Part shown: positions 7,041-13,544 of the stretch, piece after piece
How the letters are laid out: every line of letters starts with the position of its first letter
Position numbering within the stretch: the first letter of the stretch is position 1
Virus record (IMG/VR): IMGVR_UViG_3300001533_000890
Span: 64,449 to 78,726 of that record
Length of the DNA: 14,278 bases
Source: a virus
Lineage: Duplodnaviria > Heunggongvirae > Uroviricota > Caudoviricetes
Reading direction: 5' to 3' (one strand)
Position numbers and translations under genes: made by a program
Notes under the pieces: model-generated
Seen by the model: only the letters and a program-made list of their open reading frames with translations
Told to the model about the DNA's origin: nothing
Database searches by the model: none

Positions 7041-7440
7041 CGACTTGGCCCGGTTTTTTGCTGACCTTGAGGGTTTCATCGACGAAAAGACTCGCGCGGG
7101 TTTAGTTCGTCGATTTTGCCGTATGGTGACACTGCGCATGAAAGATGAAGGAGACACCGCCACCCTGCGCGATTGGCTTACCAGGGGGAAAGCCCAGTTT
7201 ATTCGGGATTGCGGGATTGCCGACGGTTTGGGCACTGTGCCGGAAACTCTTAAAGTGGAAAAGACACCACTTGCACATTTTTGTAGCGACTGGATTTCGG
7301 CCAATAAATACCGCCGCACCCCCGACTCCAAGTGGCGCAGGTTTACTCTTGAGCAAAATCATCTTCGTGTTGCGATGGTAGCTCAATTAGCTAATCTCGC
7401 AAAAGGAAACCCCGCGCTGAATTTGACAACCGTGAAATAA
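7033..7440 (+). CDS. hypothetical protein
   Basis: ATG 7033 overlaps the upstream stop; helical, protein-like sequence. Confidence 0.65.
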   Translation: MFNDLARFFADLEGFIDEKTRAGLVRRFCRMVTLRMKDEGDTATLRDWLTRGKAQFIRDCGIADGLGTVPETLKVEKTPLAHFCSDWISANKYRRTPDSKWRRFTLEQNHLRVAMVAQLANLAKGNPALNLTTVK

Positions 7441-7450
7441 GTGCTATACT
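7423..7450 (+). promoter_or_regulatory. sigma70-type promoter with extended -10
   Basis: TTGACA (7423-7428), 16-nt spacer, TGC then TATACT (7445-7450). RBS GGAGG at 7456-7460. Confidence 0.8.
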
Positions 7451-7466
7451 TGTATGGAGGCAAACA

Positions 7467-7928
7467 ATGACCACAGCAGCATCAAACTCGACAGCACTTG
7501 TTTCGGCGTGTGACTTGCAAGCTCTGAATGTTTTGCAGGCGCTTCGTCGCACCGTCCCGGCTAACACCGGGGAGAAGGCAAAGAAGGCCCTTACCGCCAC
7601 ATTGAAAAACCTTACCGTTAAAGGGGCTATTGGACTTTTGCAGTCTCTTGGGTATGGCCGAGATGGTTTTTACTATCGGAGGGAATATTGGATTATTAGT
7701 GACCTTTTGAACCCGAGGTATTTTCCAGGCTCCGTGGAAAATTTCGCCCGCGAAACGGAGGTGTTTACCTTTTGGGGTGGCCCGCCGACAAAGCTGGGTT
7801 ACTACTACGGCACCCTGGAAACGTTTCTCCGGGATCGGGTTCTAGGTGAGATTACACATCGCGGCATCGAGACTGTCGCCCGTGAAATTGGTCTTGACCT
7901 TGAAAGCGAAATCCAATGCACCAAGTAA
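7467..7928 (+). CDS. GGPP-motif family paralog 1 (unknown function)
   Basis: NLTVKGAIGLLQSLG ... FTFWGGPPTKLGYYYGTLETFLRD. Confidence 0.8.
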   Translation: MTTAASNSTALVSACDLQALNVLQALRRTVPANTGEKAKKALTATLKNLTVKGAIGLLQSLGYGRDGFYYRREYWIISDLLNPRYFPGSVENFARETEVFTFWGGPPTKLGYYYGTLETFLRDRVLGEITHRGIETVAREIGLDLESEIQCTK

Positions 7929-8302
7929 TGGAAACTGTTCAAAAGTCTGAAACAATGTGGGACCTCATCGAACCTGAGGTCGCCCATGATGCCTTGTCCG
8001 ATTTTTCAGCATTCAGGGCTTTGAATTATGTTGTTCGGATTTTTAACCGGGACAAAGATGAAATTGTTTTCCCCGAGCCTGACGGCGATTTGCTCTTGAC
8101 GCCAGTTCAGCTTGCCGAGCACCTGCGCAAGCACAACCCCCTGGCTATTAACGTAAAACTTTGTTTCAAGGGTGGGCCCCCCGGTTACCAGGACTGGTAT
8201 GAGGGCTCGTTGCTCACTTACATGGTCGACTGTTTGTTTTCTAGTATTGCAGGTGGGGACGAGCTTACAGTAGCGGACTTTTTGAGAAGGACAGCCGCCT
8301 GA
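7916..8302 (+). CDS. GGPP-motif family paralog 2
   Basis: DFSAFRALNYVVRIFN ... LCFKGGPPGYQDWYEGSLLTYMVD. Confidence 0.8.
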   Translation: MHQVMETVQKSETMWDLIEPEVAHDALSDFSAFRALNYVVRIFNRDKDEIVFPEPDGDLLLTPVQLAEHLRKHNPLAINVKLCFKGGPPGYQDWYEGSLLTYMVDCLFSSIAGGDELTVADFLRRTAA

Positions 8303-8658
8303 TGGTTGTGAAAACTAAGGTAGCATGCCCCCTTGTTGGGCAGGTATTGGTTCAACTTGCCAGGAAACATAATGCCGGTGGCAAGCGTTTTTACTGCGAT
8401 TTCGCGAAGGGCACGGTATTTTGTACCGTGGACGAAGCCCTGGGCACTTGGCCCACATCCGTGTTAAGCTTGCCTAGCATGGACTTAGGCCCTGTTCGTT
8501 TTTACGGTGGTCCGCCACAAAAAAGCCGCTGGTACACCGGAAGCCTGTTTACGGTGTTAAAGGACATGGAACTTTTCGCCCTGGCAACTTCTACCGATGG
8601 CCCTACAACACGCCCGCTGCCTTTCATCGAGAAACCAGCACCTTTCCAAGTGACATAA
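8302..8658 (+). CDS. GGPP-motif family paralog 3
   Basis: TGATG overlap; VGQVLVQLARKHN ... TVDEALGTW ... VRFYGGPPQKSRWYTGSLFTVLKD. Confidence 0.8.
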   Translation: MVVKTKVACPLVGQVLVQLARKHNAGGKRFYCDFAKGTVFCTVDEALGTWPTSVLSLPSMDLGPVRFYGGPPQKSRWYTGSLFTVLKDMELFALATSTDGPTTRPLPFIEKPAPFQVT

Positions 8659-8661
8659 ACT

Positions 8662-8964
8662 ATGTTGCCTGACCCGCGCCAACTAATACCAGTCCTTATG
8701 GCGGGCTGTGCCGACCTGTCAGCCGGGCAAGCATTTCGCTGTCTAGCTGACTTGGGTCGCGGCGCGGAGTTGTTTGTTTGTAGCGGTATGTGGTACTCTG
8801 CCGACGAGGCGATCCGTTCATGGGCTAACCGGGCTTTAGCCACTCCCTGCCCTCAGGTCGGGCCCCTACGTTTTGTAGGCGGTCCTGCGGGCCGGGTTTA
8901 CTATGACGGCACGCTGCTGACTTTTCTCTGTGACGCTGAGTTGCGAGAGTTATTTTGTTCTTGA
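8662..8964 (+). CDS. GGPP-motif family paralog 4
   Basis: DLSAGQAFRCLADLG ... SADEAIRSW ... LRFVGGPAGRVYYDGTLLTFLCD. Confidence 0.8.
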   Translation: MLPDPRQLIPVLMAGCADLSAGQAFRCLADLGRGAELFVCSGMWYSADEAIRSWANRALATPCPQVGPLRFVGGPAGRVYYDGTLLTFLCDAELRELFCS

Positions 8965-8988
8965 CTTCGGCACCCTGTGTGGTATACT
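8961..8988 (+). promoter_or_regulatory. sigma70-type promoter with extended -10, likely producing a leaderless mRNA
   Basis: TTGACT (8961-8966), 16-nt spacer, TGG then TATACT (8983-8988). An in-frame ATG at 8995 sits 7 nt after the -10 box with no room for an RBS. Confidence 0.75.
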
Positions 8989-8994
8989 TCAAGT

Positions 8995-9324
8995 ATGAGC
9001 CAATACCAAGCCACTCAGAGTGCAATTCTTTACCAAAGTCTAACAGTCGGGGACGCGCTATCCGTCTTGTCGATTAAGTACGGACGGCACCGTGCCGCGA
9101 TTGTTCGCAATGGTTTGCTTTTGACTGTTGGGGAGGCCCTGACAAACTGGCCGGGGGTTCTTCTTGATAAGAATTGTCAAGACTCTGGTTTGATAGAATT
9201 CCACGGTGGACCGCCCGGGCGTGCGAAATGGTTTTCGGGATCAATTTACACGTTCCTCTGTGATGCCGCGCTCTTTGAAAAGCATACAAAGGGGCAAAAG
9301 CCCACTGAAAGACTTTCCCTGTGA
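8995..9324 (+). CDS. GGPP-motif family paralog 5
   Basis: SLTVGDALSVLSIKYG ... TVGEALTNW ... IEFHGGPPGRAKWFSGSIYTFLCD. Start moved from 8977, which lies inside the promoter, to ATG 8995. Confidence 0.8.
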   Translation: MSQYQATQSAILYQSLTVGDALSVLSIKYGRHRAAIVRNGLLLTVGEALTNWPGVLLDKNCQDSGLIEFHGGPPGRAKWFSGSIYTFLCDAALFEKHTKGQKPTERLSL

Positions 9325-9647
9325 TTATTAAGCAGCATAAACCGACTCCACCTGACCTTAAGCACGCTTTTGCTGGACTAAGCGTCCGCGCAGCGCTTTT
9401 GACACTGGCCCAGCGATACAACGCGAGGGGCCGTGTATTTTATGTACGACGAGAGGGTGGCACGACGTCGCAGTGTTGCACTGTACTAGGGGCATTGACG
9501 CAGCTACCGGTCGCAACCCTTGAGGCCCGTTGTGACCGGGTGATTGTTTCCTTCACTGGCGGGCCCCCGGGTAGGCGTGCCCTGCGACTGGGCACGGTTT
9601 TGACGCTGCTTTGTGATGGGGTCCTGTTGGAGGCCGTGAGAAATTGA
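9321..9647 (+). CDS. GGPP-motif family paralog 6
   Basis: GTGA overlap; GLSVRAALLTLAQRYN ... TVLGALTQL ... VSFTGGPPGRRALRLGTVLTLLCD. Confidence 0.8.
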   Translation: MIIKQHKPTPPDLKHAFAGLSVRAALLTLAQRYNARGRVFYVRREGGTTSQCCTVLGALTQLPVATLEARCDRVIVSFTGGPPGRRALRLGTVLTLLCDGVLLEAVRN

Positions 9648-10171
9648 CAACACCTAAGAAGTTACTTGATCGGCTAAACGGCACCCGTGTGGCTCGCGCT
9701 ATTTTATTGCTGCGTGCAATGGGGCATCACCGTGACATTATTTATGCCCCGTCAGACGCACAACTTTTCCGTGGAGTCGGGGCCGTTTATCGGACAACCC
9801 CGGACGAGCTGTGTTTAGCCAAACCAGATAACGCCCTAGCTGCGGCATGTGTGTTAGACTTTCAAGGGGGTCCACCGCCAGCAACCGATTGGTGGCGCGG
9901 TAACTTACTGTTGCTTATTACTGACCGGCTCCTTCGGCACCAAGTTAGCCCTTATGTACTCCCTTCAAGCCCCACGGACCCCGTCACGGCGTGGTCCCTC
10001 CGGGCGTTGGCACGGACTTGCCGTCCGCATGAGTCGCTATACACGGGGCAAAAATTCGCAGACAAGTTGTTTAACAAAAGCCTGCCCGCTGAGACTGACG
10101 AGACGGTCTATCTCTGGTCGAGTAGCGGACGGACCGCCGTAAAGGGGTGTGCGCACCAGCCATTGTACTAG
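9644..10171 (+). CDS. GGPP-motif family paralog 7, with C-terminal extension running into the tRNA-like gene
   Basis: TTGA overlap; TRVARAILLLRAMG ... LDFQGGPPPATDWWRGNLLLLITD. The last ~70 aa are unrelated to the family. Confidence 0.7.
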   Translation: MTTPKKLLDRLNGTRVARAILLLRAMGHHRDIIYAPSDAQLFRGVGAVYRTTPDELCLAKPDNALAAACVLDFQGGPPPATDWWRGNLLLLITDRLLRHQVSPYVLPSSPTDPVTAWSLRALARTCRPHESLYTGQKFADKLFNKSLPAETDETVYLWSSSGRTAVKGCAHQPLY

Positions 10172-10246
10172 GTAACAGGCTGAACCTATGCTGTTCGTAA
10201 AACAGTTGCCACGGGCTCTGGGGGTTCGACTCCCCCTACAATAACC
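10161..10246 (+). tRNA. non-canonical tRNA-Tyr(GUA)-like gene
   Basis: Acceptor cattgta (10161-67)/tacaata (10237-43), D stem aggt/acct with a GG-containing loop, anticodon stem gctgt/acagt with loop TCGTAAA (GTA at 10197-99), long variable arm (gcc-acg-ggc), T arm ggggg-TTCGACT-ccccc, discriminator A then CC(T). Confidence 0.65.
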
Positions 10247-10273
10247 TGGCGCGTATATTCTTTGTCACACGGC

Positions 10274-10302
10274 AGCGGGCGCTTTCGGGCCTCGCTTTTA
10301 TT
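10274..10302 (+). terminator. possible intrinsic terminator after the tRNA-like gene
   Basis: Bulged stem agcg-ggc / gcc-t-cgct followed by TTTATT. Confidence 0.4.
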
Positions 10303-10319
10303 ACTTTGGAGGAACGGGT

Positions 10320-10511
10320 ATGGTAGGGACGTTCTGGCTTTCTAGCCCCCGGATGACGGTTCGGGTTCGAGTTAGGGGAAAGATTATCATTGACGCCGCC
10401 CCGGTTGTGCGCGTTTTTATCGGTCAACCGCTGCCGAACCTTGTTCAATGGTTGCAGCGACAGGGGGATGTAAGAATAGAATTTCTAGGTAAGCAGCATG
10501 TTACAGTCTAA
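10320..10511 (+). CDS. small hypothetical protein
   Basis: Strong RBS GGAGG 7 nt upstream; 63 aa; overlaps the next ATG. Confidence 0.7.
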   Translation: MVGTFWLSSPRMTVRVRVRGKIIIDAAPVVRVFIGQPLPNLVQWLQRQGDVRIEFLGKQHVTV

Positions 10512-10773
10512 TACCTTACTAACTCGTGATGACTTTCGCCGCCTTGTTTTTAAACGAGACAACGGCCGTTGCGTCATCTGCGGGGCCTGGGGCGTTGACG
10601 CCCACCCTATTATGGAACGTCGTCTGTTTCCAGACGGGGGTTATTACCTGGACAATGGCGCTACGCTGTGCTCTGAGCACCACATTGAGGCCGAGAAAAC
10701 AACCCTGGACTGCGAGACAATTCGCCACCGGGCCGCTATTGGTACTGTGCCTTCCGCCGCACCTGTATCCTGA
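10498..10773 (+). pseudogene. HNH-like N-terminal domain of an HNH-RNA ligase fusion, detached by a frameshift near 10750
   Basis: LLTRDDFRRLVFKRDNGRCVICG...DAH(P)IMERRLF...YYLDNGATLCSEHH. The protein sense continues in the next frame as LPPHLYPD after one extra base near 10750. Confidence 0.7.
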
Positions 10774-10798
10774 CGCTTGCTGGGATAAATGGGGCGAC

Positions 10799-11524
10799 AT
10801 GATTTTACCAAACGGGCACCGGGTGCGCGGGGAGCTGTTTGATGACCCGTCCGTTCAGAAAATTCTGGCGGCAGGCGGGGTGCTCCCTCTGTTCATACCC
10901 TGGATTAAGTACCCGCGCACATATCACTTGCCAGAAAGTCCTGGTGCCAGCAAAGATGACCGTGTCCTGGAAACAAGTTCACACTTCCGGGGAAAGCGTG
11001 TAGTCGTAACTGAAAAGCGCGACGGGGAAAACACGACAATATACCAAGATTATATCCATGCGCGCTCGTTGGATACCGATAGCCACCCATCACGGTCCTG
11101 GGTTAAAAACTATGCCGCCAAGATTGGTTGGACTATTCCCGAGGGCTGGCGCGTGTGTGGAGAAAACTTGTGGGCGAAACACTCAATATTATACCAAAAC
11201 CTGTCAAACTACTTTGAGGGTTTTTCGGTGTGGGACGAGAAAAACTATTGCCTTAGCTGGGATGATACTCTGGAATGGTTTGAATTACTCGACATAAAGC
11301 CCGTCCCAATTTTGTATGACGGGCCCTGGTTTGACACCCTGGTGGCCGAGCTATCACCGAACGATACCTCCCAGCAAGAAGGCTTTGTTATTCGAGTCGC
11401 CGATTCGTTTCATTACTCCCAGTTCCGTTTTTGTGTTGCGAAGTGGGTTAGGGCGGGCCATGTCGCCACCACCCACCACTGGCGGGCGCAGCCGTTGGTT
11501 CAGAACTTTTTAGCAACTGAGTGA
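10799..11524 (+). CDS. ATP-dependent RNA ligase (nucleotidyltransferase domain)
   Basis: KYPRTYHLP, motif I VTEKRDGEN, ARS, CGEN, EGFVIR and AKWVR. The frame is open from 10526; ATG 10799 is a possible restart after the frameshift. Confidence 0.85.
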   Translation: MILPNGHRVRGELFDDPSVQKILAAGGVLPLFIPWIKYPRTYHLPESPGASKDDRVLETSSHFRGKRVVVTEKRDGENTTIYQDYIHARSLDTDSHPSRSWVKNYAAKIGWTIPEGWRVCGENLWAKHSILYQNLSNYFEGFSVWDEKNYCLSWDDTLEWFELLDIKPVPILYDGPWFDTLVAELSPNDTSQQEGFVIRVADSFHYSQFRFCVAKWVRAGHVATTHHWRAQPLVQNFLATE

Positions 11525-11772
11525 TTACCCCAGTACCGGAGGTTTACAAGATGAGTGTGGCGGGAGAACAATACTACCAGTTAGAAGCATACTGTGCTGG
11601 GTCCTGGGAGCCTGTGGAGGGCTGCACTTATGAGTTTATAGGGGCCCCGGTTGACTTTCAACATTTTCTGTATAGGGTAAATCCAACCGATGGCCAACGC
11701 CTGCAACGCACCGGTCCCCGGGAATGCAGGTGGCGATACACACCCGACCGGGGACTCCATTCAGTGGGGTAA
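11521..11772 (+). CDS. hypothetical protein
   Basis: GTGA overlap with the ligase stop; alternative ATG at 11551 has RBS ggagg. Confidence 0.6.
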   Translation: MITPVPEVYKMSVAGEQYYQLEAYCAGSWEPVEGCTYEFIGAPVDFQHFLYRVNPTDGQRLQRTGPRECRWRYTPDRGLHSVG

Positions 11773-11776
11773 GAGT

Positions 11777-12040
11777 ATGTCCTATAACTACCGTCGAAAG
11801 TATCAGGTACAAATTCAAACAATACCTGGAATTTGGAAGGCTGAGGCTGTATGGGCTGTCTACCCGTCCGACTTCCGTGGCTTCATTGCATTTTTGCACG
11901 GTGAATGCCCAGGAACACTTCCAGAGGGTCAAGAAGTACCGCTCCTTAAGGGGCCTCCTATCAGAGTCAAAAGGGTTTCAGATGATGCTGCCCCGCAGTT
12001 TGTGTGGCCTGACCGAGGCCCAGCTACGGAATCTCCTTGA
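11777..12040 (+). CDS. hypothetical protein
   Basis: ATG 11777 lies 4 nt after the upstream stop; protein-like from MSYNYRRKY. Confidence 0.6.
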   Translation: MSYNYRRKYQVQIQTIPGIWKAEAVWAVYPSDFRGFIAFLHGECPGTLPEGQEVPLLKGPPIRVKRVSDDAAPQFVWPDRGPATESP

Positions 12041-12065
12041 CAAGCTGGTCACTGTATGGTATACT
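12037..12065 (+). promoter_or_regulatory. sigma70-type promoter with extended -10
   Basis: TTGACA (12037-42), 17-nt spacer, TGG then TATACT (12060-65). Confidence 0.8.
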
Positions 12066-12430
12066 TTAATATACTTCCAGCCGAACACTATCGTTGTCGT
12101 GTAGAAAACTTGACCCTAACCTGCGCGACGATTTTGCTTAGGAACTTAGGAAACTTCGATCTTGACGCACTGCAAGTGACTTCGTGGGCCGTGGACACGT
12201 TCTCCACCACCCCGGAGGTACTTGCACGCACGCGGGCTGCTATGAGGGTTGGGGACCTTTCCAACACCCTCGTCCAGTTTAACGGAGGCCCGGCTCAAGC
12301 TCAAGTTTTTACAGGGGATTATACCCTGTTTATCCTGGACCGAATTATGTATATGCTGTGCGAGCGTGGGGTAGATTTTGTCGAACAAATCCTTGCATAC
12401 AGTGAGGGATTTTCCGTATGCCCCACCTAA
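12056..12430 (+). CDS. GGPP-motif family paralog 8
   Basis: NLTLTCATILLRNLG ... TTPEVLART ... VQFNGGPAQAQVFTGDYTLFILD. Start uncertain because the ATG lies inside the promoter. Confidence 0.7.
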   Translation: MVYFNILPAEHYRCRVENLTLTCATILLRNLGNFDLDALQVTSWAVDTFSTTPEVLARTRAAMRVGDLSNTLVQFNGGPAQAQVFTGDYTLFILDRIMYMLCERGVDFVEQILAYSEGFSVCPT

Positions 12431-12765
12431 CAGCCCCGGTACGGGAAGTATTACTGCGAATGGTGCCTAAGCTGACAGCTTCGCAGGCGGCGCATTGTCT
12501 TTGGGTGCTAAACCAGCCGGTTGACCGCCCTCTTTCACGCCCCGCTGGCTTCACCACCCTTGCAATGTTAGCACAACACCCTGAGACAGGGTCGAGGGCT
12601 TTAACGGAGTTTGGATCGTACGAAGCTGTGATAGGCCCGCCGACTTCGGCCAGGGGCCCCCGGCTGGCAACTCTTAGTCAAATTGTTGCAGACTACTTTT
12701 TGACGGCTGCTACTAAAATCGGAGGTTTTCAGACGTTGGATGTAATAGCTCAATGTACCCCCTAA
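12418..12765 (+). CDS. GGPP-motif family paralog 9 (most degenerate)
   Basis: KLTASQAAHCLWVLN ... TTLAMLAQH ... AVIGPPTSARGPRLATLSQIVAD. Confidence 0.65.
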   Translation: MPHLTAPVREVLLRMVPKLTASQAAHCLWVLNQPVDRPLSRPAGFTTLAMLAQHPETGSRALTEFGSYEAVIGPPTSARGPRLATLSQIVADYFLTAATKIGGFQTLDVIAQCTP

Positions 12766-12787
12766 TTGTTTGACTCGAAAGCACCCA

Positions 12788-13159
12788 ATGACACCGCTTT
12801 TTGTGTATGGCACCTTGTGCCAGGGATTTAGTAATCACCAGCTTTTACAAGGGTGCCCCTTTGTTGGCAACGGCACCGTGCCCGGGACAATTCTTGTGGA
12901 TTTAGGCGGATGCCCCGGCCTGCTATTTGCGCGCAGCGGCTCGGAGGATTGGGCACGGGGAGAAGTTTACGATATTCGCCCCAAGCTGCCCACCATTCTC
13001 GCGAACCTAGATCAACTTGAAAACGAGGGGAAATTTTATCGCCGTCTTATTGCGCCGGTTCAACTAACGGATGGTGGGTATAAGCCTTGCTGGGTTTATG
13101 CGTACCTCCCGGCGCTGCAGTGTGATAACTGCGTCCGTGGCGGCGTTTGGAGATGCTAG
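12788..13159 (+). CDS. gamma-glutamylcyclotransferase (GGCT/AIG2-like) family protein
   Basis: LFVYGTL..G..NH..L, LVDLGGCPGL, RGEVY, LDQLE (catalytic Glu), YRR, WVY. The frame is also open from TTG 12770. Confidence 0.88.
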   Translation: MTPLFVYGTLCQGFSNHQLLQGCPFVGNGTVPGTILVDLGGCPGLLFARSGSEDWARGEVYDIRPKLPTILANLDQLENEGKFYRRLIAPVQLTDGGYKPCWVYAYLPALQCDNCVRGGVWRC

Positions 13160-13167
13160 GCTGGACA

Positions 13168-13251
13168 TAGTCAGGGCGGACTACACGTTTTGCTACGCCC
13201 GAGGGCCCGAAAGCCCTTGTCACCGGACACGGGCAGGCGTGCCGCCCTGCC
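13168..13251 (+). other. structured intergenic element (H-type pseudoknot plus two hairpins)
   Basis: tagtc/gacta (13168-72/13179-83), loop gggcg pairing with cgccc (13174-78/13196-200), agggc/gccct (13202-06/13213-17), ggcagg/cctgcc (13232-37/13246-51). Confidence 0.35.
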
Positions 13252-13275
13252 AGCCGATTCACAACAGGAGCCACA

Positions 13276-13521
13276 ATGCACTACACCATAGAGCTTTATA
13301 CAAACGCTTTGAAAGTTCCGGCCAGCACCCCGGGCTTCCGTGCATGGCTTGAGTTTCAAAGCTCTCGTGGGTTTACGCTTGAAAGTTTGACGGTTATCCA
13401 GCAACCTGGGCATCTTCCAGTTGCCGCCGCACGCATCCGAAACTTTACTGTTCCAGATCAACTTATGGCATTGCTGGATTCTCAGTTGACTAACGATTGC
13501 GCCGGTGAGGCCCGGCGCTGA
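13276..13521 (+). CDS. hypothetical protein
   Basis: RBS aggag; 81 aa. Confidence 0.7.
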   Translation: MHYTIELYTNALKVPASTPGFRAWLEFQSSRGFTLESLTVIQQPGHLPVAAARIRNFTVPDQLMALLDSQLTNDCAGEARR

Positions 13522-13544
13522 GCTTTATAAGGACAGGGAGACTA

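Noticed and set aside
10086-10160. CTGACGA plus hairpins upstream of the tRNA, hammerhead-like
   Set aside because: The required GAAA after stem II is absent (GAGT instead), and no stem III/UH cleavage site can be built.
10161-10246. Selenocysteine, pyrrolysine or suppressor tRNA; alternative genetic code
   Set aside because: The anticodon reads GUA, not UCA or CUA. Known proteins here (DeoC, ligase, GGCT) end at expected lengths with TAA, TAG and TGA all used as stops.
10247-10300. HDV-like theta ribozyme at the tRNA 3' end
   Set aside because: No nested P1/P2/P3 double pseudoknot or J4/2 cytosine motif can be placed; the region reads as a simple terminator.
188-13461. Minus-strand and alternate-frame ORFs of 60-137 aa in the track (e.g. 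6918-7331, 8502-8843, 9074-9421, 11724-12104, 13071-13352)
   Set aside because: They lie on top of better-supported + strand genes and show no motifs or RBS; treated as shadow ORFs.
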